Origin: the human T2T-CHM13v2.0 reference genome, Homo sapiens | Assembly (NCBI RefSeq): GCF_009914755.1 | Contig: NC_060933.1 | Direction: 5' to 3' (one strand) | Length of the DNA: 64,000 nt | Position numbers and translations under genes: made by a program | Notes under the pieces: generated by a model | What the model was told of the DNA's origin: nothing | Database searches by the model: none | The model's input: the letters and a program-made list of their open reading frames with translations, nothing else | In this document: piece after piece, positions 26,815-44,224 of the stretch | How positions within the stretch are numbered: the stretch's first letter is position 1 | How the letters are laid out: each line of letters opens with the position of its first letter

Positions 26815-29800
26815 CTCTGTATCTTGATTTTGATGGTGTTTATATGACTACAGAAGTTTGTCAAATTCCAAAATTTTACACTTAAAATTGTAAATTTCAA
26901 GGAACATAAATTACCTTTTAATGAAATAAATGGGGGACCATCATAAACAGTATGTTCTTTCACCACAAACATAGAAATTTTAAGTAGCCTTACATCTATT
27001 GATTAAATAGAATTTGTAATTAAATAAATTCCCATAAAAATATTCATATCCAAAGTAGCTCATCAGAAATTTTATCAAACATTTAATAAACTAAAATTGC
27101 CAATATCACACAAACTCTTTCATAGAATAGTGGAATGAAGATACTTTCCAAGTCATTTCATGAGGCCAATATAACTCTGACACCAAATCTAGGAAAGGAT
27201 ATTATATGCAAAGAAAATTAAAGACTAATATTCATTGTGAGCATAGACACAAAAGCCCATAACCAAACATTGTCAAATTGGATTTGGCAATATCTAGAGA
27301 TGTTAAATAATCCTGACCATGTGGCAGTGGCAATCCCAGGAATGGCAAGTTGGTTTATTATATGGAAATCACAGTGGAACTCACACATTAACACATTAAA
27401 GAAGAAAAATTATATTTAATTAAGTAGATTCTGGAAAAGCACTTAAAAATTCAGCACCTGTTCATAATAAAAACGCTCCACAAACTGGGGACAAAAGAGA
27501 ACTTTTTTCTTCTAGGCAAATAAAGTCTGTGAGAAATCAACATTAAATATATTTTACTCATGAAGAAGGAATGAGCATTATATCCCAAAATAAGGAAAAG
27601 ATAAAGATGTGCATTTCTACCACTTCTAGTCAACATTGTACTGGAGCTCTTAATGTAGTAAGTAAAAAAAAAAAAAAAGGCATACATTTAGAAAAGAATA
27701 AATAATAAAATCTCTATTTGAAGATAATATAACATATGCCTAGAAAGTTATAAGGAGGGAGCTCATGTCTTTGTGGGACTCCATGTATATGTGCATAATT
27801 AAAATTGTTTTCTATTGTTTTTTGTAAAAAAAAGTCATAAAGAATAAAAAAGTGAACTTTGCAATGTCACAGGATGCAAAGAAAATATACAAAGATAAAT
27901 TGTATTTCTAACCAACAACAATAAGCAATTGGAAAGAAAATAAAAGAGATGCTATATTTATGGATTATAAGGCTCAGTATTGTTAAAGTTATTAAAATGT
28001 AAATTCGCCACAAATCTATCTTTATATTCAACACAATCCTAACCAAAATTATATTTGGCTTTAAAAAAAGGCAATTTGCTGTGTTCAAATATATATCAAA
28101 ATGAAAATGTCTTAGAACAGTTGGAGGACTTACCCTACCTGACTGCCATACATACTATACAGCTATGGAAATCAAGAGTATGACACTAGCAATATGATAG
28201 ATGAATAGATCAATTGAAAACAATTGTGGATCCTGATATAGACTCACACATACAAAGTCAAATTATTTTTTGTCATGGGCTCTAAAACAATTCAACAGAA
28301 AAAGGAAAACAACTTTAGCAAATGGTGATGAATCAAGTAGATAGGAATAAAGAAAATATAGAACCTCAACCTCAATTTGACTCATACACTAAAAAAAACA
28401 TCTCATATACATGAGGTATATGATATCTAAACCTAAAGGAAAGTTTAAAATATTCGAGAAAAAAATCTTCATGGGCTTAGAGTGGTAATAATATATTAGC
28501 CTTGAACAGAAAGCCCAAATAATAAAAAAAAAAGCACTTTATCAAAAGCAAAATACTTTGTTCTTCAAAAAATCACCAGTAAGACTGTTTTAAAAAGCAA
28601 GTCATAGATTATGAGAAAATATTTGATATACTTATACCTGACAGAGGATGTGTAACCAGCATATAAAAAGAACTCTTAAAACTCAATAATATAAACACAG
28701 GCATCCCAACATAAAAAATAAAAATTGAGATTCTATATCTTGAGAAAATATCCTTCAGAAATGAAGGAGAAATCAACACATTCCTAGATGAAGGAAACAT
28801 AAGAAAATATGTTGCCAGGAGATTTACCCTACAGGAATGGCTAAATAAAATTTCTAAAAGTATAGGAAATAACAAAAGAATAAAGCTTGTGACATCAGGA
28901 AGAAAGACCAATACAGTAAACAAAAAATATGGGTAAATACAATAGGCTCTTCTCTTGAGTGTTCTAAATTATGCTTGATGGTTGAAGCAAAAATTAAAAC
29001 ACCAATGTTGTTCTAAATATTTGTAGAAGAAATATCTAAGACAATTATAAATGGGGGAGAATAAAGAGATGTAAAGGGAAGTAATCTTTCTATACTTCAC
29101 TAGGACTGGTAAAATGAGAACACGAGTAGACTGTGGTAAGTTACAGATATGTAACAACATAATAACTAGTGCAACCACTAAGACAGCTATACAAAGAGAC
29201 ACAGTCAAAACACTATAGATAAAGAAAAGGGAAATTGTAAAAAATGTTTTATATGATGATTTATATGTTTTATATGTGTTGTGGGTTTCCACAGAAAGGG
29301 AGGAAAAAGAAGACATAAATGAAAAGCAGAGAGAACAAACAGAAAACAAAAATAAAATAGCTGATTTAACTCTAAGGTATCAGTAATTATATTAAATTTA
29401 AATGGTATAAACATAGCAATCAAAAGACAGAGATTAACAGAGGGTATTTACAAATACAACCTAACTAAATGTTGCCTATAAGAAATTAACTTGAAATACA
29501 ACAATATAAGCTGTTGAAAGTAAAAGGATTGAAAATATATCTTACAAAAATTTTAATAAAAGGAAAGAGAGAGTGACTATATTGATATTATATGAAGTAG
29601 ACTTCGGAGAAAATAAAATTATTAAAGATAGAGAAGGAGATTAATAACAAGAAAAGTTTAAATCCATCAAAAAGACAGAAATTCTAAATGTATGTACACC
29701 AAAGACAGATCAGCAAAATAGGTGAAGCAAAAATTGATCAAACTGAAAGGATAAATAGACACATACATAGATATAGTTACAGACATGAACACTACTCTCT

Positions 29801-29891
29801 CAGCAATTCATGGAATAAGTAAAGAGAATTTCAACAAAGATATAGAAGGGCTCCACCAATAAAATCTAATTGACATTTATGGAACACTGTA

Positions 29892-30239
<348 letters not shown>

Positions 30240-30808
30240 TAAACCATACTCTGGGTCATAAAACCAACCCCAACAACTTTAGAACAATTGAATTTATACA
30301 GAATATATTCTCTGATACAATGGAATTAAAATACAAATCAAAAACAGGAAAATTACAGAAAAGTTTCCAAACACTTGGGAACACATTTATAAATAATGCA
30401 TGGGGTCAAACAAAAGTCAAGAGAATTTTAAAAATTCATTGAATTGAATGAAAATGAAAATACAATATAACAAAATTTGTGAGACACAGCTAAAACTGTG
30501 CTAAAAGGCGAAATTATAGCCCTAAATGCATACATGGGAAAAGAGGAAAAGTTTGAAACCAATAACCTAAGCTCCTACCTCAAGAACCTGGAAGGGAAAA
30601 AAAAATTATCCCAAAGTAAGCAGAATGAAGACAACAATAAACAACAGAAATCAATAAAATGGAAAACAGAATAGAAAAAATCAATGAAACACAGAATTAG
30701 TTCTTTGAAAAGATCAGTAAAATTGTCAAAATTTGTCATTAATAATTTTCAAAAAGAAACCTCCAAACCCACAGGGTTACATTGGAGAATTCTGTCAAAT
30801 TTTTTTAA

Positions 30809-33545
<2,737 letters not shown>

Positions 33546-35932
33546 GCCATTATTAGTCTGATTCTAAAACCAAGCAAATACAGTATGAAATAAAATTACA
33601 GGCAGATATCCTTCCTGAATATAAACATAAAATTCCTAACAAAATATTAGTAAATAGATTTCAACAACATATAAAAAGATTATATAATATGACCAAGTGG
33701 GGTTGTTAAAGGAATATAAAGCTGATTCAATAAGAGGCTCAAGAACAATCTTATTATCACATCAATCAATGTACTAATAGCACTTGACAAAATTCAATAC
33801 CCATGTTATAAAAATGCACAGAAAAATTGGAATAGAGTTAAAATTCCTCAACTTGATAAAGAACATATACAGAAAACCCACAGCTAATATTATACTTGAT
33901 AGTGAAAAATCAAATGCATTTCTCCTATGACCAGAGCAAGACAAGCATGTCTGCTCTCACCACTCTTATTTAACATCAAGGTGAAAGTTTTAAACAGGCA
34001 AGAGAAGTAAATACAGAAAAGAAGTAAGTACAACTGTCTCTATTTGCAGATGACATATTTGTCTACATAGAAAATTCCAAGGAAGTCTATAAAAGATCTT
34101 TCAGATCTAATACATGAATTCATCGAGTTTGCAGGACACGAGATAAACATACATTAATCAATTATATGTATATATACTGGCCATAACCACGTAGGCACCA
34201 ACATTAATACTACAATTCCATTTATAATTACTGAAAAAAATACTTAGGAGTAAATCTAACCAAACATCTATAGTGCTAGTCTGCTGAAAATAACACAGTG
34301 ATGATGGAAGAAATCAAAGAGATAAGTAAATGAATAGATAAATCATGTTCACGGATTGGAAGACTTAATGTAATAAAGCTGTCAATATTTCCTAATTTGA
34401 TGTACAGGTTTAAAATACTTATCAAAATTTCAGGGAGATAATTTTGTAAATATAGACAGAACTATCTTAAAATTTATATGAAACTAGAATAGCTAAAAAC
34501 AATTTTGAAAAAGAAGAATAAATTGAAAAAATATATCAAAATTATGTATCTACAGTAATCAAAATTTTGTGGTATTGCTGGAGGGATACACACATAGTTC
34601 AATAGAACACAGTAAAGAATCCAAAATAGACCCACACATATATATACAACATCTGTATGATTTTTGACTAAGTTGCAAAAGCAGTTCAGTACAGGAAATA
34701 TAGCCTTTTCAACAGCTAGTACTGGAGCAATTGAATATCTACAGGCAAAAATAAAATTATAAACCTGGACCTAACTATTATATCTTATGCAAAAATTAGC
34801 TAAATAGGCCACTACTAAAATGTAAAATTTAAACCATAGAACTCTTAAGGGGAAAAAACAACAGAGGAAAATTTTTACAATTTGGGGCCAAATAATTTAT
34901 AGATTTGACACTAAAAGTAGGATTCACTTAAAAACTTGCTAAGTTTAACTATATCAAATTTGAATGATTTTGATCTGTAAAAGACCCAGTTAATATAATA
35001 GAAAGACAAGCTATAGAATGGGAGAAAATATTTGCAAAGGACTAGTGTCTAGAATACACAAAGAACACTCAAAACTCACAATTAAAAAGCAAAGAATCCA
35101 ATTAGAATGTGGGTAACAGATATAAAGGGACATTTCAAATAGGAGTGCATACAGATGGCAAACAAATATGTGAAAAGATGGTCAACATCACTAGTTATTA
35201 AGGAAATGTCAATTAAAACCATAATGAGATATCACTAAATACCTATCAACATGGCTAAAATTATGAACAGTGACAACAAATGCTGGAGAGAAGGCAAAGG
35301 AACTGGATCACTTCTATATTGGTGGTAGAAATGTAAATGGTATTCTCACTCAAAAAAACTGTTTGGCAGTTTTTAAAAAAAAAATCTAAACATGAAAGTA
35401 CCATGTAACCCAGCAATACCACTCCTGGGCATTTATCCCAGAAAAATGAACACATACTCACACCAAAAACTTTGTGTGAGTATTTATAACAGCGTTATTT
35501 GTGGTAGCTCATATAGTAGGAACAACTCAAATGTCCATAATAGATGAATGATTAAATTAACTATAGTGCCTTCATACCATGAAATACTACTCAGCAATAT
35601 AAAGGAATGTACTATTGATACATTCCGTCCATACAACCATATGGACGAATCTCCAGAAAATTATGCTAATTGAAGAAGTCAAAAACAAAAGGTTGCATGT
35701 TGTGTGATCCTATTTGTACAACATTCTTGAAATAACAGAAGTACAGTAATGAAGAGGCGATTAGTGGCCTACAGGGTTTAAGGAGGACGTTGGGGAGAAA
35801 AAGAAGTGGATGTGGCCATAATGGGAAATGTCACAAACCTTTGTAGTGATGGAAATTCTTGGTATCTTGACTGTATCCACATCAATATCTTGATTGTGAT
35901 ATTGTGCCACAGTTTTGCAAGACGTGCCATAG

Positions 35933-36294
<362 letters not shown>

Positions 36295-36531
36295 GGATTT
36301 CTGTATTCTTTCTTCCAATTACATCTACAATTATCTCAAGACAAAAATTTAATTAAAAGAATGGAAAATACTTGAATCCATACTTCAGAAAATAGAGGTA
36401 CATATGGTCAGTAAGCTCATAAAAATGGTTGACATTATTAATGATCAGAGAAATGCAAATTTAAACCACAGTTAGATACCACTCTACATCTAACAGGCTG
36501 GTTACAATTTAAAAGATTGGCAATACCAGAC

Positions 36532-36915
36532 TGATACGGTTTGGATTTGCGTCCTTGCCCAAATCTCGTGTTGAATTGGAGGAGGGGCTTAGTGGGAGGT
36601 GATTGAATCATGGGGGAGGATTCCCCCCTGGTATTCTCGTGATAGTGAGTAAGTTCTCACGAGATCTGATGGTTTAAAGGTTAAAGGTTAAAGGTGTGGC
36701 ACTTCCCGCTTCTCTCTCTCTCTCTCTTTCCTGCTCCGCCGCGGTGAGACGTACTTGCTTCTCCTCACCTTCTACCGTGATTGTAAGTTTCCTGAGGCGT
36801 CCCAGTCATGCTTCCTGTTAAGCCTGCAGAACTGTGAGCCAATTAAACTTATTTTCTTCATAAATTATCCAGTTTCAGGTAGCTCTTTATAGCAGTGTGA
36901 AAATGGACTAATACA
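36532..36915 (+). mobile_element. MSTA-like MaLR solo LTR
   Basis: TGATACGGTTTGG ... GGACTAATACA; GCTTCCTGTTAAGCCTGCAGAACTGTGAG. Confidence 0.9.
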
Positions 36916-37577
36916 GAAACATTGTGGAGTATGTGGTGTAACCAAACCTGTGGCTCTTTCATAACGGGTTAACCATGAACAATTACATAGGTAGTTAACT
37001 ATTCATGATTTTGTCCACAAAAACCTCATACAATAATATTTATTGCTACATATATTTAGCATTATACATGTAATATTTATATGTATAAGCTATATATAAA
37101 GAGTAGGTGTTTGTGAAGTTTTAGATATAATCAAAGTTAAGCAATTGTGATAGAAATCATGTAAGTAGTTTCTGTGGTGGAGAATAGAATTGACTGGGTA
37201 AGAGACAGAGACTTGTTCAAATACCCTGTGCTTTGATCACATGGATTTCACAGCTATGTGCATATTTCCAAACTTATTAAACTCAAGTTATGCATTTTAC
37301 TGTAAATAATGTATACCTGAATTTTAAAAAATCTTTAACAATGAAAGTGGAAAAAACATTAATAAAAGTTAGGTCTTATTACATTTTAGCTTTTAAAAAT
37401 TACATATGTGTTTTTATCAAGGGCCTAGTGAGTAGTTGATTTTTGGGTCCTCACCACATTATAAACAGTAATCAACTTAGTAACTCAGAATAAATGAGCC
37501 ATGCCTAATGATGATAGTCGGTGATGAACAAGAATTATGATGAATCAAATCTGATGTTCTTGAGATAGTCCCTCTTA

Positions 37578-37980
<403 letters not shown>

Positions 37981-38069
37981 TTACATTTACTTCCCTAAAC
38001 TCAGTTTTTTATAAATATTAGCTATTATATGATTGAATTTTATATTTGTTGGTGAGAGCCTCAAGCTCA

Positions 38070-38335
38070 GACAGCATAATGTGGTGATGAGTAAGTGCAG
38101 TGATTTGGTAGTCAGCTGTCTGAGTTTGCAATCATAGTTCTGCCACTTATCAGCTGTATGTATGATCTTGGGCAGTTTTGTACTTAAACCTTCTGTTGTC
38201 TTTGTTCATCTCTGGGGTTGATAATACCCAGATAATACTCATCTGAAAAGATTGCTTTGAATCTAAACAAGCTGAACACAGAAATGTGTCTGGCAAATAG
38301 CAATGGCTCAGTAAATACTAATTGCTGTAATTGCT
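38070..38335 (+). mobile_element. MIR SINE, near full length
   Basis: CTGCCACTTATCAGCTGT ... GTCTGGCAAATAGCAATGGCTCAGTAAAT. Confidence 0.75.
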
Positions 38336-38559
38336 AATACTAATAATATTCAATACTATTGATTAAAATTAACACTACTGTTTTGGAAACAAAATAAGCA
38401 AATGGCATGACTTATTATATTATAAAGAAATATCAGAACAAATGATGCCAGTTTTCCACCAGAATCATTAATAAAAACTGTATAATAGTCTTATAGGTTG
38501 TGTAATTTAAAAGACAGTGACCTCTTGATATGTTTATGTTATTGACAAAATTCAAAATA

Positions 38560-39450
38560 TTATTGACAAAAACAGAACAAAGTGCCCTGATGCATGGAAT
38601 TAGTTAATATTAGCCACTTATATATTAGAGAATTATTTAGCCCTACTAAAATAATAGGTACCTATGCCATCACAATTAATGTTAATGGCCTCTTCTTCAT
38701 AGGAACTATTGACTTTATAATTCTTCTAAGGTCTATCTTGATCCAGATGACCCTTATAGAGAAGGGTAATTATTTTCCTCTTTACTGTTGCAAGTAGGCA
38801 AGGATCCAATTTCTTTAAAAAGAATATAAAAATATCTAGATAAAAATAAAAAGAAGGTCCAAAACTCATTTTATTCTTATGCATTTAAATTGCTGTCTTG
38901 CTTGATTCTGGCAATGATACCGTGGATGTAGATTTTGCAAGCATATTAATAATTGGAGACTTATCTTAAACTCACAGAGCTTAAAAAACATATCCATAGA
39001 ATCAAAGGCAGATGTAAAGTTAATCAAAGCTCTGAAGAGTCCTGAAAAGAGCAGTTTTTTCAATGAGATTAAAAAGAGTTCAATAATAATCAATACTTCA
39101 AGAGTGAGGTCTAAAATCTCCTTGCACTTCATATAAAGAATTACAATGAGAGCCCAAACCTTAAATTGTTCAATTAGAAAGATATTAAAGCTCAGAAGGC
39201 ATATTAAATTAACAATTGGGCCTTTATTTTAAAAATATTGGTGGGTTACCATTTTTAAGTTGTAGAAAACAGCATGTTGAATGCATTTAGATGGAATTGT
39301 AACTGGGAGATATGTAGAGTAAATGACTTGATGCAGAACGGTGTCTTCTCGTAAGAACAAATTTCAAGTACATTTACTTTATTAAGCTTGCAATGGCTAA
39401 TAATTTTAGTCTTTCCCGTAGCTAGAACCTATAACCATTTTGGAGTTATA
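38560..39450 (-). mobile_element. Ancient non-L1 LINE RT remnant (RTE-X / L4-like)
   Basis: Colinear minus-strand RT motifs across frameshifts: KNGN..*RP, EVQGDFR..SID, ALINFTSAFDS, ITLLYKGHL (YADD position), EEAININ. Confidence 0.65.
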
Positions 39451-39869
39451 CTCGCATTATGCAACTGTGTTAGGATCTTGAAGCCAGGAGAGGCTAACTT
39501 TCAGTATGTAGAGAGAACAACATGGTTCTTCAGAATTTCTAAATAGAACTCAGCCAATCAAGAGACAAATATCCCAAAATCTACCTTATTAACATCATTA
39601 TTCATCCTAAAAGCCTTTCAGGAAGCTTTAATTAGTGTCCTTTAAACCCCTTCAGTAAATGTTTACGATTCTTTACAAGGTTTGTGGGAAATGGAATTTG
39701 TTTGTTTAATTTGTAACCATCTAAACAATCCAGTTTTATTTGGGTTACATTAGTAAGGTATGAAAAATAGTCAACTTGTGTCAGTCAGGTCTTCAGAATG
39801 ACTTTATCCTTTGAAGGGAAATGTAAATATTTAAATTATAAAGCAAAACAAAGTTATATTCATATATAT

Positions 39870-40091
39870 CAGTGGTTCTCAGCCAGAGGTGATCTGTTCC
39901 CCAAATCCCTTCTAGGAAATACTGGGCAACGTTTGGAAGCCTTTTTCGTTGTCACATCTAAGGTATATGCTACTGGCATTTAGTGGGTAGACACCAGGGA
40001 TGCTGCTAAACATCCTACCATGTAACAGACAGCCTCCCACAAGGAAGAATATCTAGTCCAAATGTCAATAGTGCTGAGGTTGAGAAACTTG
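39870..40091 (+). mobile_element. MER20 hAT-Charlie MITE
   Basis: CAGTGGTTCTCA ... TGCTACTGGCATTTAGTGGGTAGA ... GGTTGAGAAACTTG. Confidence 0.9.
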
Positions 40092-41992
40092 AACACATGA
40101 ATCAACATACACTCCAAACCAAAGTAAACTGATTCTAATGGTCTGCCTTTAATCATTTCCATTAATGTGAATAGTCAAGTATTTACCACATTACATATAG
40201 TATGCAATACCTACTAGATTATTGACTAATCTATTACCTAAATAGATTATTGTCTAAGGATTTTCTTAAATGTAAGCTACAAGCTAAAATGCATCCAATT
40301 TTTCTCTCTCTCATCCACTCATTTAACTGAAACACCGTGCAAAATAAATGTTTTCCCAAATTAAAAAGTAGCGTGTTGTGGAGGTGAATTATTAAGCTTA
40401 TTTGTTTATGTTTTTTTAAACTTATTTTACTTTCATGATTTGAAATTTTAAAAGTGATGCTAACATACTAAAGATTTTATCTGGAGTGCTGTGTCCTGGG
40501 AATAACTTCTTCAGGCATTCAGCAAAGTGACCCTCTGAGGTTATATAGGCAGAACATCATGGAGATGTCTGGCTGCTGTGACAGACTCTAAATATCAATC
40601 AAAATCAATAAACAGGCATTAAGAATTTATTGCAGGCCAATCCTGTGCTTTAGCAGATGCCTTCTCCAAATATTGTGGGATATATTGGGAAAAAAAGCTC
40701 TCTTCTGTTCTCTAAATTGATATTTTTAAAAGCTGTTATTATTTTTTTAATTTTGTATATAAAATACATACACAATTATGCATTTAGTACTGTTTAGCTA
40801 TCAGTCACAAGGCTAAACAACACATGTACTGTAGAGGTAGATACCAAAAAAGTAAAATACTCAGAGTTTACTTACTAGTTATAACAAAACAATTAAAGTA
40901 TATAGAACAATTTTTTTGATTGAGTACCAAATTTCATCATAAAATAGGGTTATAGTCGTTAAGAAAATGGAATAAACAACATATGTGGAATGATAAATAA
41001 TACATCAAAAGTAGACCTGACCTTGAACTTGGATGCCAAACCATGAATTAAGTTTGTACAATATAAATGTTAAAAGATAAGACAGGAAGAAAATAAAGAT
41101 GTTATCAAGGGTTTAAATAAAAAACAGTAGAGATGAGAAACAATGTGTCTTCCTAATGTTTACTTTGTTTTTTAAGTAAAATATAAACTTTATATACCTT
41201 TTTAGTTCTCCTCTACATTATATAGATGGATAGTTAGTAGATAGGTAGATAATTATTTCAGTAATTGCATTTATTTATCAACATGAAAATGTTTATCCTA
41301 TCGATAATTTTGAAGGGCTATTATTGTACTGTGTCTAGCAAGTAATCACTCTCAGTTTATGTATCACTTTTGGAATGAAGATGTTTAACTGCATAACTAA
41401 AGTGCTATATTAATATCCTAAGTCATTAAAAACACTATTTAAGCTAAATGAATTAGTTGTGTGGTGAATAAAATTAAAATAATAAGCCTATGACATAATG
41501 TACAATATAAATTTTATGTCCATTTGATTAGGTATATGTTACTATTATCATCATAATAATTCTTACATAATTTGATTATCTTGCTAAATTATTATCAATT
41601 TATGTCTACCACTTACTAAGAAATTAGTGAATGTTACACACTGTGGTGAACACTTTATATATAATTGACAAAAATAAATATTGCTATCTAAAACCATGGC
41701 TGCCTTATAAAGCTAGTGGTTCATTGTAAAATAAAGGCTCTTTTATTCTTTTGAGAATCTATGATAAGGAACAATTTGTAAAGATAGACTCTGCTGAGTT
41801 TGGAGTAATTGCCATATTTTTTCTGCAAAAAGGCAAAGAAGAATTTGGAGTTCCTGTGGGTGATGAGGAAAGTAGTGGGAAGAAGCTCTGAGTGATTTGG
41901 CAGGAAGCAAGAGGATGTGTTTTGAAAATGGCCCAGAAAAGTTTTGATTACAAAATACCTACTATTCACTTTAAAGAATTTTTGCATTTTTG

Positions 41993-42004
41993 TCTATCTA
42001 TCTA

Positions 42005-42038
<34 letters not shown>

Positions 42039-42042
42039 CATC

Positions 42043-42090
<48 letters not shown>
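41993..42090. repeat. Compound tetranucleotide STR (TCTA)3(TCTG)7 TCTA TCCA TC (CTAT)12
   Basis: Read directly from sequence. Confidence 0.97.
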
Positions 42091-42091
<1 letters not shown>

Positions 42092-44224
42092 ATCTGCTGT
42101 GGTTTGAGTGTGTCTCCTCTGAAATTCAGGTTGAAATTTGAATCCCAGTATGGCAGTGTTGGAGATAGAACCTAGTGGGAGGTGTTTGGGTCATGGGGGA
42201 AAATCCCTTATGAATTAATTAATGCTCTTTCGTGGGAGTGAGTAAGCTCTCACTCATGCAGGAATGGATTGGTTTCCAGTAGAGTGGGTTGTTACAAGCA
42301 AGTCCAACCTCTTGTATGTGTCTCTTTGCATGTGCCCACTTGCCCTTCTGCTTTCCACCATGAATTGAAGGACAAGACCCTCACCAGATGCGCTGCCCGA
42401 TCTTTGGCTTTCCAGCTCCCAGAATCAGAAATCGAATACATTTTTTTTTAAATAAATTACTCAGACTTAGGTGTTCCGTTATCACAACACTAAACAAACT
42501 AAGATGGAAAACTGGTACTGAGGTATGAGGTGTTGCTATACAGATAGCTGGAAATGTGAAAGTGGCTTTGGAACTGGGTAATGGGTAGTGGCTTGAAGAA
42601 CTTGGAGGAACAGGTCAGAAAAGGCCTGTACTGCTGTGCACAGAGCATCAAAGGTTTTATAAGGGGCTCTTCCCCCCTTTCCTGGGCATTTCCCCTTCCT
42701 GCCACCTTGTGAAGAGCATTATGGTGAGGGCGCAGGAGATGAGAAGACTAGGGAAAGTTTGGAACTTTTTAGAGATTGATTACATAGTCATGACCAAATG
42801 CACATAGAAATTTGGTGACTAAAGGCCATGCTGATGAGGACTCAGATAAAAAATGAGGAGTAGCTTATTGGGAAGTTGTTGTGCAAAAGTACACTTGTTA
42901 TACATGTACAAAAAACTTGGTTGCATTGTGTCCGTGCTCTAGGGCTTTATGGAAGGCAGGACTTAAGAGTGATGAACTAGGATTTTTGGCAGAATAAATT
43001 TCTCAGCAAAATATAGAAGGAGTTGCATAGTTACTTTTGGCCACTTGTGCTGAGATTTGAGAGCAAAAGAATAATTTAAAGACAGAATTTATAATTAAAG
43101 GGAAGCAGAGTGGAAAATTTTGGAAAAATTGCAGCCTGACTACGTAAACAGCAAAAAGCTGTATTTGGGAGAGAGTGCTAAGGGTGTCGCTGCCCAAGGA
43201 CCCCTTGATAAAGAGAACAAAAGAGAGCATGAACAAAAGAGAGTCAGTGCTGTGTGCATCAGGACGTAGTGAAAAAGGCCCACAGGCCTCAGAGGGTAGA
43301 ATGGTTTCCAGAGACAGGCTTGCGGTAATCTCCACCAGCTCACTGTTTAGAGTTGCCTTGGGAACGTGACTCCTGCATTTTGGTACTCTGGTCACTTCAG
43401 CCATAGCTCAAGGAGCCGCAGGTGTGGCTTGAGTTGCTCCTTCAGAGGATGCAGGTGGTAGGCCTGTGGAGTGTCCACATCCACATGGTGCTGATTCATC
43501 AGGCCTATATAATGCAAGAGTCATGGAGGCATGGCAACCTTTATCAAAGGATGTACAAAACTGCCTGGGAGCCCAGGCAGAAACCTGCCTCAGAGGCGGA
43601 GCTGCCACAGAGAATAGTCACTGGAGTGCCTAATGGAGCTGTGGGAGTGGGGTTCCCACCCTCTGGACCCCAGAATGGTTACAGCACGAGAAACATGCAA
43701 TGCCTACCTGAGAAAGCTACAGGCACTGGACTCTAACCAGCGAACAGCCACGCGAGCTGCACTCAGCAAAGCCATAGAGGTGAAGCTACCTGAGGCCTTG
43801 GTGGGCCAACTTCCAACCCAGTGTATCCAGGAGGTGGCATATGGAACATTTTGGAGCTTTAAGATTTAATGTCTGACCTGCTAGGTTCTGAACTTGCTTT
43901 GTGCTGGGCACTCCTTTTTTTTTTTTTGCCCATTTTCCCTTTTGGAATGGGAATGTTTGCCCAATGTCTATCCATTGTAACTTGGAAGTAGATAACTTGA
44001 TTTCTGGTTTTGCATTCTTACAGCTTGAAGGAACTTACCTTAAGTCTCAAATGAGACTTTTGACTTTTAAGTTGGTGGTAGAGAAAGTTAGGACTTTTGG
44101 GACAATTGAGATTGGATAATTGTATTTTGTATGTGAGAACAGCATGGATTTCAGGGGGCCAGAGGCAGAATGCTATGGTTTGAATGTGTTCCTTCCAAAA
44201 CTCATATTGAAATTTGATTCCCAA

